A DNA stretch of 33,084 bases from Desulfatiglandales bacterium (GCA_046481735.1 JAWOJI010000077.1:1-33084); one strand, 5' to 3'. Counted from the stretch's first letter, positions 1 to 7,561 are shown. A program made the numbers and translations. Notes: generated by a model from the letters alone, not told the origin.

Positions 1-67
1 AAACCACCTAGGATGGGGGCATGGCCCTGGCTCTCAGACCGGGGCCGTTCGGACAAGGAATCGGCGG

Positions 68-1999
68 CTAAAGATCCTTGACCGTCGCGTATCCCTGATG
101 GACGGCATCGTGGATTTTCCCGACCCCTGCTGCGTCACCGATGACGCGAACGGGCCGTTTGTAGCTAGTCCGACGCAGGGCTTCCACAAGAGCCGTGGTC
201 GGCTTTCGACCTGCCGCCCAGACGATCAGATCAAAAGGCCCGAAAGCAATTCTTCCGTCTTGCTGCAAAACAGCAACACGACCTCCCTGCAAATCAACAA
301 CCTGGCTTTTCACATGGGTGAGGATCTTTGCTTTTGCCATTCGGTCCTTCAGGTCCCACGCGCTGATCGGTTCCATGTCGTGAGCGACGTTGCCGAGTTG
401 TTCGAAAACGCTCACACCGTAATGTCTCTCATGCAGGAACAGGGCTGTTTCGCACCCTATGGAACCGCCACCGATGATCGCGGCTGCTCCCCCCGAAAGG
501 GATGAAGGATCCGAAAACACTTTGTCGGAGGTGAAGACCGACGGATTGAATGGGCAGGGCACGGGGGTTGAACCTGTGGCCAGAATGACTGCATCCGGTT
601 CTGTTGCCATGACCGCTTCAACTTCGGCCTTCAAACCGAGATGAAGCGTAATATCGAGCAGGCTCATTTGCCGCTCATAGTACTCGATGATCCACCGGAT
701 CTTGTCTTTGCCGGGAGGCACAGAGGCAAGCCGCATCTGGCCGCCCAAGCGTTCTTCCTTTTCAATAAGGGTGACGCGAAAGCCGCGAAGGGCTCCCACC
801 CTGGCCGCTTCCAGTCCAGCCGGGCCCCCTCCAATGACGGTCAGGCGCCGGGTCGCTTTTTTTATGGGAAAAATCCGAACCTGTCTTTCATGACCTGTTT
901 CCGCATTCACCGAACATTCGATGGCGTGGGTCAGCCGCTTGCTCAAGCATCCTACATTGCAGCCGATGCATTTTCTCAGTTCATCGACCCTCCCTTCCAT
1001 GGCTTTGTTGGGCCAGTCCGGATCTGCAAGAAGGCCCCTGCCGATCGCAACAAAATCAGCCCTCCCCTTTGCAAGAACCTCTTCGGCGAAAGAGGGTTCC
1101 CGAATGACTCCAACGGCGATCACCGGGATGGAGACCGCCTCTTTGAGAGCCGCCGCGAGGTGGGTACGCCACCCCTGAGCATAAGCCATGGGTTCAAGCA
1201 GGGTGGGCAGTGACTCGTAGATGCCGGCGGAAACGTGAAGCACGTCGACCCCGGCCTTTTCCAGGGCACCGCCGATTTTCTGAGCCTCGGAAACGTCAAT
1301 GCCGCCTTTGACGAACTCGTCGGCGCTGAATCGGAAGGAGAGTGGAAAGTCCCGGCCCAGTGTTTCTTTGATCCCGTGGACTATCCTGACGGCAAAACGC
1401 ATCCTGCCCTCAAATCCTTCCCCATATTCGTCGGTGCGCCGGTTGGTGTAAGGGGAAAGAAATTCTCCCACGAGATACCCGTGGGCTCCGTGGATTTCGA
1501 CGAGGTCAAAGCCTGCCTTCTGGCCTCGAAGGGCGGCCGCAACAAATTTCTCGATGATTTCCTCGATTTCCGATTTCCTCAACTCCCTGACAGGCGTCTG
1601 AAGGTACCCGCATGGGATGGGGGAAGGGGCGACAGGGGTCATACCTCCGGTTACGTCAAGGGTTGTTTCCCTGCCCGCATGATGAATTTGGATAGCCGGA
1701 TGAGCGCCCTCCCTCCGGATAAGATCGGAGAGCTTCTTGAGTCCATGGATCTTTGCATCTTCATGGATGGAGAGTTGCCGTTTGGTATTCTTGCCCACCG
1801 GAAAATCGACCTGCGAGTTTTCTACGATCAGGATGCCCACGCCTCCCTTTGCCCTCCTCTCGTAGAAAGCCAGAAGATCATCCGTCACGTTGCCCTGGTC
1901 GTCTGCCAAATTGGTATCTATGGGAGCCATGACGATTCTATTCTTCACAGATAACCCGAGAAGTTGAAAAGAGGAAAATAGATGCGAAAAATCAGTCAT
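68..1999 (-). CDS. Old-yellow-enzyme family Fe-S flavoprotein (NADH:flavin oxidoreductase, 2,4-dienoyl-CoA/enoate reductase type)
   Basis: 643 aa. The N-terminal OYE/TIM-barrel signature is present (NRIVMAPI, IQIHHAGRE, EIHGAHGYL). A Cys cluster CIGCNVGC follows, then two Rossmann motifs, VIGGGPAGLEAA and IIGGGSIGCE. ATG at 1999 has AGGA upstream. Confidence 0.85.
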   Translation of the reverse strand: MTDFSHLFSSFQLLGLSVKNRIVMAPIDTNLADDQGNVTDDLLAFYERRAKGGVGILIVENSQVDFPVGKNTKRQLSIHEDAKIHGLKKLSDLIRREGAHPAIQIHHAGRETTLDVTGGMTPVAPSPIPCGYLQTPVRELRKSEIEEIIEKFVAAALRGQKAGFDLVEIHGAHGYLVGEFLSPYTNRRTDEYGEGFEGRMRFAVRIVHGIKETLGRDFPLSFRFSADEFVKGGIDVSEAQKIGGALEKAGVDVLHVSAGIYESLPTLLEPMAYAQGWRTHLAAALKEAVSIPVIAVGVIREPSFAEEVLAKGRADFVAIGRGLLADPDWPNKAMEGRVDELRKCIGCNVGCLSKRLTHAIECSVNAETGHERQVRIFPIKKATRRLTVIGGGPAGLEAARVGALRGFRVTLIEKEERLGGQMRLASVPPGKDKIRWIIEYYERQMSLLDITLHLGLKAEVEAVMATEPDAVILATGSTPVPCPFNPSVFTSDKVFSDPSSLSGGAAAIIGGGSIGCETALFLHERHYGVSVFEQLGNVAHDMEPISAWDLKDRMAKAKILTHVKSQVVDLQGGRVAVLQQDGRIAFGPFDLIVWAAGRKPTTALVEALRRTSYKRPVRVIGDAAGVGKIHDAVHQGYATVKDL

Positions 2000-2175
2000 A
2001 ATAAAATCCTAACAGCATCCGGGTTTGGTTTTGCGGCCGTTGCAGGAAAACTCCATTGTCCCAATGGCTCCCTTTCCCGCCATCGATTGTTCTCGGGCTT
2101 TGAACCGTTATGCGGGCCGGAAAGCGCTAAACCTACTAACCAACGATAGTATGCGATATCTCCAGCTTATTCAAG

Positions 2176-2197
2176 AGGCGAAGTGAAGGCGAAGTGA
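2176..2197 (+). repeat. Perfect 11-nt tandem duplication in a divergent promoter region
   Basis: AGGCGAAGTGA occurs twice in tandem, between the OYE-family gene and the thioesterase gene. Confidence 0.6.
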
Positions 2198-2279
2198 GGG
2201 TAGTCAAAAGCAAGACACACAGGGTTACAGAAGGGGCCGGATGTGGTAAATTCTGCGGGCAGGAAAGGGAGGGACGGTC

Positions 2280-2723
2280 ATGGGATCAGATCTGTCGGAA
2301 GAACGGACCCAATTCCTCAGGGAGGATTACTGCCGGGGTTTTATCCAATACTGCCGGTTTGAACCCGAAGTGATCGAGCGAGGATATTTCCAGTCCAGGG
2401 TGAATATTCAAGAGTTCCACCGGCAGCAGGACGGGTTCATCCATGCGGGGGTTATGGCGACCATGGCCGACCACACGGCAGGCTATGCAGCGTTTACCAC
2501 CGTGCCCGAAGAGTTCCAGATCCTGACGATTGAGTTCAAAGTCAACTTCCTGAGACCGGCCTACGGCAGCGGCCTTGTGTGCCGCTCCAGGGTCATCCGG
2601 CCGGGCTCGCAAATCATTATTTCCGAATCAGAGGTTTTTGATCAGCGGGAGGAGGGTGAAGTCCTGGTAGCCAAGGCTCTTGTCACCCTGATGGCCGTTC
2701 CTAAAGAAAGACTTCATCCTTAG
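2280..2723 (+). CDS. PaaI/4HBT-type hotdog-fold acyl-CoA thioesterase
   Basis: 147 aa with the typical PaaI-family core (GFIHAGVMATMADHTAGYAA). GGGAGG Shine-Dalgarno lies 6 nt before the ATG. Confidence 0.8.
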   Translation: MGSDLSEERTQFLREDYCRGFIQYCRFEPEVIERGYFQSRVNIQEFHRQQDGFIHAGVMATMADHTAGYAAFTTVPEEFQILTIEFKVNFLRPAYGSGLVCRSRVIRPGSQIIISESEVFDQREEGEVLVAKALVTLMAVPKERLHP

Positions 2724-3436
2724 AGAACGGATTCGATTTCTTCCGCCACCCTTTTTGCCGCTTCTCGGGGGTCTGCAGCGTCTCGAATGGGCCTCCCCAC
2801 CACGATATAATCCGCCCCGTTCTTGACGGCCGAAGCCGGCGTAACAATACGCTGCTGATCGTCCCTGCTGACTACGGACCAATCGGGCCGGATGCCCGGA
2901 GTCAGGGCGATGATTTCGCCCAACTCCTTCTTGATCAGGGCCACTTCATGGCCCGAGCAGACAATGCCGTGACAGCCCGCCTCTTTTGCGATCCGGGCGC
3001 GGAGCAAAACCAGTCTCGATAAATCCTTGACGTATTCGCCCATAAATCCGAGTCGTGAGAGATCCTTGCCGGTGAGACTGGTGAGGAGGGTGATAGCCAG
3101 GATCTTGGTGTGTCCTGGATTATTGTCCGCTACATCCTTGAGAGACCCGTCCCCTTGGTCGCAGTGAACACTGATGAACTCAGGCCCGTACTGAGTGGCT
3201 GCCAGGAAGGCTCGCCTCATGGTTTCAGGGATGTCGTGGAGTTTCAAGTCAAGAAAGACCTTGGCGTTCGTAATCTCACGAATCCCTATGAGGATGGCGG
3301 GACCCTGGCTCGCGAAAAGCTCCAGCCCAACCTTGAAGAGTCCCACACTGTCTTTGAGAAGGGTGACATATTTCATGGCCTCGTCGTAGGTGGAAACGTC
3401 CAGAGGAAAGATGATGTAGTCTTTACCCGGTTTCAT
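2720..3436 (-). CDS. pyrF: Orotidine 5'-phosphate decarboxylase
   Basis: 238 aa with PyrF motifs: IFPLDV, FKVGLELF, DLKLHDIPETM and GADYIVVGRPI. Confidence 0.9.
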   Translation of the reverse strand: MKPGKDYIIFPLDVSTYDEAMKYVTLLKDSVGLFKVGLELFASQGPAILIGIREITNAKVFLDLKLHDIPETMRRAFLAATQYGPEFISVHCDQGDGSLKDVADNNPGHTKILAITLLTSLTGKDLSRLGFMGEYVKDLSRLVLLRARIAKEAGCHGIVCSGHEVALIKKELGEIIALTPGIRPDWSVVSRDDQQRIVTPASAVKNGADYIVVGRPIRDAADPREAAKRVAEEIESVL

Positions 3437-3650
3437 AGGAGCGCTCCGCGTTGAAAGGTTGATGCTCGCCGGTTACCCGTTGGGAAGCATTGGCTGGCCG
3501 TTGCAGGAGGGCAACAGCCTCACGCCGGTGCGAAGAAGCTGAAAACAAGCCTATTTTTACGTCTAAAGCAAAATCAAATGAAAGTCAAGGGTGGGCAAAT
3601 TGCGGTTCGCTTGGCACCGCCACCCCTTGCGTGGATGGATCCCATGGAAC

Positions 3651-3688
3651 GGAACCCTTGCATCTCATGCCTTCCTGGTGTCCAGGAA
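3651..3688 (+). repeat. Copy 1 of a 38-nt structured direct repeat
   Basis: GGAACCCTTGCATCTCATGCCTTCCTGGTGTCCAGGAA matches 6280-6317 at 34 of 38 positions. It contains the palindromes GCAT-N3-ATGC and TTCCTGG-N3-CCAGGAA. Confidence 0.85.
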
Positions 3689-3704
3689 TTCTCTACACTG
3701 AATT

Positions 3705-3726
3705 CCCTCCCCCTTGACGGGGGAGG
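3705..3726 (-). terminator. GC-rich hairpin about 50 nt downstream of the encapsulin stop (possible terminator, no clear U-tract)
   Basis: CCTCCCCC-TTGAC-GGGGGAGG forms a perfect 8-bp stem. A second hairpin, GGAATTC-N8-GAATTCC (3685-3706), abuts it. Confidence 0.35.
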
Positions 3727-3778
3727 TCAGGCGGGCGTGTACCTCTTGATGTTGCTGAGAGATTCTTGGGACGGCACA

Positions 3779-4594
3779 CTAGCCGGCGGTGTAATGAATA
3801 ACGGCTGCGGGCTCAAGGATTCGGAAAGTGAAAGATTCCGTAATGTACAGCGTAACACTCGTGTTCGAATGCCTTTCGTATCCGATGGACAGGTCCTGAC
3901 CAAGGATGAGCTCCAAGTCCCCTCCGCGCTGTGATATCATATAGGCTTCGTTTTCATAGGGACCGCTGAGGTAAGGACTCAGAATGACGGAGCCGCCGAG
4001 AACGTTTTCCGCCTGCATCTTGACCGGGTAGCCCTGGACATGGGCGGACATGCTGCTCCAGATCTTGGGCCCCACCACAAAAGCGTAAGGGCCTTCCATG
4101 GACCGTTCCGCAAAGGTCGTGATTCCTTCCGCAATGGCCGTGAGCAATTGTTCTGGACTTGAACCCATCGTCAAGCAGGCTTCTCCCTCGCACACCTTGA
4201 GGCCCTTGATATTTGCCTCCGGCAGGCCGTGGTAAATGACTTTTTCCTCGAAAAGGGCGATTTTTTTCGCCGCCTCCTCAAGATTCGTCAAATCGATGTC
4301 TCTGGCCCCCCTCACCACATTGTCCAACTCCGTGATCTCCAGTTCGAAAGGAAACCGGGTTTCCACAAGGTGATGAACTTTGTAAATGCCGTAGGAAACA
4401 TCTCCGGGCTTCTGTCCCTCAGGGTACTCAAGACGGCCCTCGGGAACGCCGGCAAAGTCGGTTCCCATGGGTCCCTTTACATCAACAACCTTGCGGGCCG
4501 AGAGCGCTGCGGTCAGGCTTCGCGTGGCCTGTGCGTCGATCTCCGCCCATGCTTGCATCGTGATAGGCGCCAGCTCTCTTTTCAGGATATCCAT
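3779..4594 (-). CDS. Family 1 encapsulin shell protein (linocin M18/CFP29-like, HK97 fold)
   Basis: 271 aa. It aligns by eye along its length to the Thermotoga maritima encapsulin: MDILKRELAPIT..WAEID at the N-terminus and RGGDLELILGQDLSIGYE..ITESFTF near the C-terminus. GAGGAGA Shine-Dalgarno precedes the ATG. Confidence 0.93.
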   Translation of the reverse strand: MDILKRELAPITMQAWAEIDAQATRSLTAALSARKVVDVKGPMGTDFAGVPEGRLEYPEGQKPGDVSYGIYKVHHLVETRFPFELEITELDNVVRGARDIDLTNLEEAAKKIALFEEKVIYHGLPEANIKGLKVCEGEACLTMGSSPEQLLTAIAEGITTFAERSMEGPYAFVVGPKIWSSMSAHVQGYPVKMQAENVLGGSVILSPYLSGPYENEAYMISQRGGDLELILGQDLSIGYERHSNTSVTLYITESFTFRILEPAAVIHYTAG

Positions 4595-4633
4595 AATTAT
4601 TCTCCTCTTCCCTTCAAAACTTCACAGTTCACA

Positions 4634-5197
4634 TCATTTCCTGAGGCTCCCGATACCAAGGTCGGGTGGGAGTGTTTTTGCCTCTACCGCCGCAGGTTTG
4701 CTTGGGGCTTCTTGCATCTTTGCCCCGATAACCGGCTTTGCGGTCTTGGCGCCGAGTTTTCCCGGCACAGGAGGCAGTTTGATTCCCAGAAGCAGGGTCT
4801 TGGCCTGCGCGAACAGGGTCCCCAGGGTGGCCTGGCTGTCCTGGGGCAGCAATTGCTCAGCCATAGGAAAAATGATCGATTCTTCTTCGTCCAAATGGTG
4901 AGAGGTGTATTCTCCGAGGGACTCCACTTTGATGGCAAAACGTTCATGATCTCGCGGAAAACGTTCCAGATCCTTGATGATGAGTTCGATGATGTGGTGT
5001 TCGTTTACCGCTTCCAGCGCCTTCGCATGCGCTTGGGGCTCCCTTTCGAGAATGTCATAAAAGTACCTTTCTTCCATGGTGTGGTGCACAGTCAGGTGAC
5101 GAAGAAAATCATCGGCTACGGTCAGGTTCGTCTTGGACTGCTCGAAGAGCTGCCGCAAAACCCCGTGATGATCCACGAGTGCTTGTGTGATGTTCAT
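4634..5197 (-). CDS. Hemerythrin (HHE cation-binding) domain protein with a C-terminal encapsulin cargo-loading peptide
   Basis: His/Glu ligand motifs are present (DHH, HHTMEERYFY, EHHIIE, HHLDEEESIIFP). A Pro/Ala/Lys-rich linker follows, ending in the C-terminal PPDLGIGSLRK. The start is set at the second ATG (MNITQ) because GGGAGG sits inside the first five ORF codons. The gene lies 39 nt upstream of the encapsulin gene. Confidence 0.85.
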   Translation of the reverse strand: MNITQALVDHHGVLRQLFEQSKTNLTVADDFLRHLTVHHTMEERYFYDILEREPQAHAKALEAVNEHHIIELIIKDLERFPRDHERFAIKVESLGEYTSHHLDEEESIIFPMAEQLLPQDSQATLGTLFAQAKTLLLGIKLPPVPGKLGAKTAKPVIGAKMQEAPSKPAAVEAKTLPPDLGIGSLRK

Positions 5198-5289
5198 ATG
5201 ACCTCCCTTCATTCAGATTTTCTTACACTACCGTTAAGCGGAGGGGGATACCTGGGCTATTCAATATTCATCCGGCAATTCATAACGGC

Positions 5290-5319
5290 TTAATATTGCC
5301 ATAGATTTATTGATGTCAA
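5290..5319 (-). promoter_or_regulatory. Candidate sigma70 promoter of the hemerythrin-encapsulin operon
   Basis: On the minus strand: TTGACA, an 18-nt spacer, then TATTAA, about 90 nt upstream of the cargo ATG. Confidence 0.45.
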
Positions 5320-5434
5320 GGGACTCGATTCAGTCATTCCTGAAACAGCCCGGCACAGCAGGGGAATGAAACCAGAGAACAAACCTGTATCTTGAGACAT
5401 GCTGCGAGCAACACGGAACGGGCTAAAAATCTGG

Positions 5435-5463
5435 TAGACATTTCGGAACAGTACGGCTATATT
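5435..5463 (+). promoter_or_regulatory. Candidate sigma70 promoter of tRNA-Thr
   Basis: TAGACA, a 17-nt spacer, then TATATT. The -10 element ends 16 nt before the mature tRNA 5' end. Confidence 0.5.
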
Positions 5464-5479
5464 TTGAGGCCTGCGCTCA

Positions 5480-5555
5480 GCCACCGTAGCTCAGTCGGTA
5501 GAGCACCTCACTCGTAATGAGGATGTCCGCGGTTCGATTCCGCGCGGTGGCTCCA
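5480..5555 (+). tRNA. tRNA-Thr (anticodon CGU), CCA encoded
   Basis: The cloverleaf folds by hand. Acceptor GCCACCG/CGGTGGC, D arm GCTC-AGTCGGTA-GAGC, anticodon arm CCTCA-CTCGTAA-TGAGG, T arm CGCGG-TTCGATT-CCGCG. Confidence 0.95.
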
Positions 5556-5613
5556 ATGATTTCAAACGATTCCACAAGACAGGCCGGCTAGGCCTGCGAG
5601 CCATGCTGCCTTT

Positions 5614-6006
5614 TCACGCAGTAAACTTCCTGTAAACCCACAGGGTGCAAAAAGCAGCCAACGCGATCCAAACGACAATGATGAAAGCGGCTGCAACACG
5701 GCTTGCCGGTTTACGGTTCAACATGACTTCCCGGGCTCGCGCACGGCACTCGCTCAGAACAGAGGCGGGCACCATTTTGACGGCAAGGGCAATTCCGAGA
5801 GGGATCACGATGAGGTCGTCAAGGTACCCGAGAACAGGCACAAAGTCCGGGATGAGATCGATGGGGCTGAGGGCGTAAGCCGCAACGGCGGCAACGAAGA
5901 GCTTCGCATACCAGGGAGTCCCGGGATGGCGTGCAGCAAGGTAGAGAGCCAAGGTTTCAGCCTTGAGTTGTCTCGCACGTCGCTTGAAGCTTTCGATCAG
6001 GCCCAT
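5614..6006 (-). CDS. DUF1232 (YkvA-like) membrane protein
   Basis: The signature LSPIDLIPDFVPVLGYLDDLIV is flanked by hydrophobic helices. The start is uncertain: ATG at 6006 (MGLIESF) is preferred over the GTG at 6048 used by the ORF track. Confidence 0.75.
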   Translation of the reverse strand: MGLIESFKRRARQLKAETLALYLAARHPGTPWYAKLFVAAVAAYALSPIDLIPDFVPVLGYLDDLIVIPLGIALAVKMVPASVLSECRARAREVMLNRKPASRVAAAFIIVVWIALAAFCTLWVYRKFTA

Positions 6007-6279
6007 TGTACAGAGTCCAAAGGGATGTCCTTGCGATTCGAAGTGCACGGATCTGTTGAAAATCGCAGAATATCATCCGTTGCATGAATGCCGGTGATTT
6101 TCGCATGATCCAATTCCATTCCCGAAATCCCATGGCCTGCTCTTGGATATAAGCTTTCCGGGCAATTGTCAAATCTGTTTCTTCCCCCCTGATTCACCAT
6201 CAAGACATCATCTGCTGCGTTACCCTCATCCCTCGTCACTGCGGCGTACCGGCCTGTACGCCTCATTCCTCGGGATATC

Positions 6280-6317
6280 GGAAGCCTTGCATCTGATGCC
6301 TTCCTGGTGATCAGGAA
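6280..6317 (+). repeat. Copy 2 of the 38-nt structured direct repeat
   Basis: GGAAGCCTTGCATCTGATGCCTTCCTGGTGATCAGGAA matches 3651-3688 at 34 of 38 positions in the same orientation. Hairpin potential is retained despite the substitutions. Confidence 0.85.
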
Positions 6318-6438
6318 CCCTATCCAACCGTTTGATTCATTTCAATGAACCCGAATTAGACGGTGGATTTGGATTCCCTGCCCCACCTTTCTAAAACTCC
6401 GGACTTTCCAGCGCCTCGCCTCCTTTGACGTGGATGCC

Positions 6439-6466
6439 TTGAAAAGGCGCCGGATTTTGATATACT
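6439..6466 (+). promoter_or_regulatory. Candidate sigma70 promoter upstream of the cupin gene
   Basis: TTGAAA, a 16-nt spacer, then TATACT. This would give a leader of about 115 nt. Confidence 0.4.
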
Positions 6467-6586
6467 GGGCCTCATTGACTTGCCGGAGATTCCTTGCAGC
6501 GTGAACCCTCGGAAACGAGCTCGGTTGACGACGGGAGAAATAGCCGGTAAAAGGACCGAGAATTTCGATGATGGAAGGAGTGAACC

Positions 6587-6934
6587 ATGGGTAAGAACGA
6601 ACTTATGAAGAACATTTCCTTTTCTCAGCCTCACGTCCTTGGCGAGTTGGTGGGGTATGAAAAGGGCAGGGTGGTTAGCCGGACCTTTGCTCAGAACGAA
6701 GCGATCAGTTTAACCCTCTTTGCCTTCGATGAAGGCGAAGGTCTGAGCACCCATGCTGCGTCCGGAGATGCCATGGTTCATGTCCTGGACGGAGAAGTGC
6801 TCCTGACCATCGGAGGTGAAAAGGTGACTGCAAGGGCGGGAGAGATTGTGGTGATGCCTGCAGACGTTCCTCATTCGGTAACCGCCGTAAAGCGTTTCAA
6901 AATGCTGCTCACGGTAGTGAAGAAACCAAAATGA
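6587..6934 (+). CDS. Cupin-2 domain protein
   Basis: 115 aa with a small beta-barrel pattern: G.STHAASGDAMVHVLDGEV....G, then VVMPADVPHSV. GAAGGAG Shine-Dalgarno is present. Confidence 0.8.
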   Translation: MGKNELMKNISFSQPHVLGELVGYEKGRVVSRTFAQNEAISLTLFAFDEGEGLSTHAASGDAMVHVLDGEVLLTIGGEKVTARAGEIVVMPADVPHSVTAVKRFKMLLTVVKKPK

Positions 6935-7112
6935 GCATCGATACGCCGAATCTTTCCTAGGGTTCGGCATATGACGGCTCCAAAGACGCCGCAACCCCTG
7001 GACACCGGATCCTTTGCGGCAATTCCAGATTCACTACCGTCAATCTGCTTTGCGACGGGCAATACAGAGCGAAGGGAGGAGTTGAACTCCTGGTTTGGAT
7101 GAGGAGAGTGTC

Positions 7113-7520
7113 ATGCCCACAGCAAAGGCGACGTTCCATTCCCTGCTGAAGGATGCTCAGGACTACGGGAGCTTCGGGCGGGATGAAAAGCATATGGTTT
7201 CGATCATCCATTTCACATTGGCAGTGCAAGGGCAGGTCTATCCGGACATGACAGTCGAAGTTCGACAGCCTTATGGAACGGATTACGAGAGCGAGCCGCT
7301 GGATGTGGCACAACCTGTGGGGACTTATACGGGACCGTGGAATCTCATGGAGTTTGCTGAGCACTGTTCTCGCTACTATCGGAATCACTTGCGGGGGTTG
7401 CGTTCGGTTGTTCAAGATACCGGCCGTGGGGATGTGCGGATGAGAGACAGATTGCTGGTTTCAAATGTCATGGTTCGATTCGAACTTCCAGAGTTCGACT
7501 CACCGGGCCCGGGGTATTGA
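7113..7520 (+). CDS. Hypothetical protein of unknown function
   Basis: 135 aa from an ATG preceded by GAGGAGAG; the track start at 7095 is TTG. No motif I can assign. The reading frame is clean and codon use resembles the neighbouring genes. Confidence 0.55.
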   Translation: MPTAKATFHSLLKDAQDYGSFGRDEKHMVSIIHFTLAVQGQVYPDMTVEVRQPYGTDYESEPLDVAQPVGTYTGPWNLMEFAEHCSRYYRNHLRGLRSVVQDTGRGDVRMRDRLLVSNVMVRFELPEFDSPGPGY

Positions 7521-7561
7521 ACCTGCGAAAGAAACGAGAACACGATCAGAAAACGGTGGAG

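Noticed and set aside
3612-3630. A sigma-54-like TGGCAC ... TTGC element, plus similar TGG/TTGCA pairs at 3644-3661 and 6480-6500
   Set aside because: The GG-to-GC spacing is 16, 14 and 11 nt respectively, not the required 12. There is also no plus-strand gene downstream of the first two.
4229-5293. A 354-aa plus-strand ORF. Similar long ORFs occur at 15844-16596(-), 19025-19888(+), 20223-20981(+), 23358-24140(-), 24569-25606(+) and 641-1213/1235-1954(+).
   Set aside because: All lie antisense to genes with unambiguous family signatures. Their translations are rich in Arg, Gly, Pro and Ser with no motifs, as expected for shadow frames in GC-rich DNA.
5997-6266. An 89-aa minus-strand ORF in the gap upstream of DUF1232, with faint CBS-like wording (ITGIHATDDIL)
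   Set aside because: It has no usable RBS spacing because GAGGA abuts the ATG. It overlaps the DUF1232 start, and the resemblance is too weak to call either a gene or a pseudogene.
6474-6586. A possible riboswitch in the cupin leader
   Set aside because: I compared it mentally with the fluoride, guanidine-I/II/III, ZTP, preQ1, c-di-GMP and Moco motifs and found no convincing consensus match. It is kept only as an unexplained leader within the gap finding.
6971-7102. A 43-aa plus-strand ORF ending 10 nt before the orphan gene
   Set aside because: The RBS is weak, the composition is unremarkable, and I have no way to assess conservation from this window.
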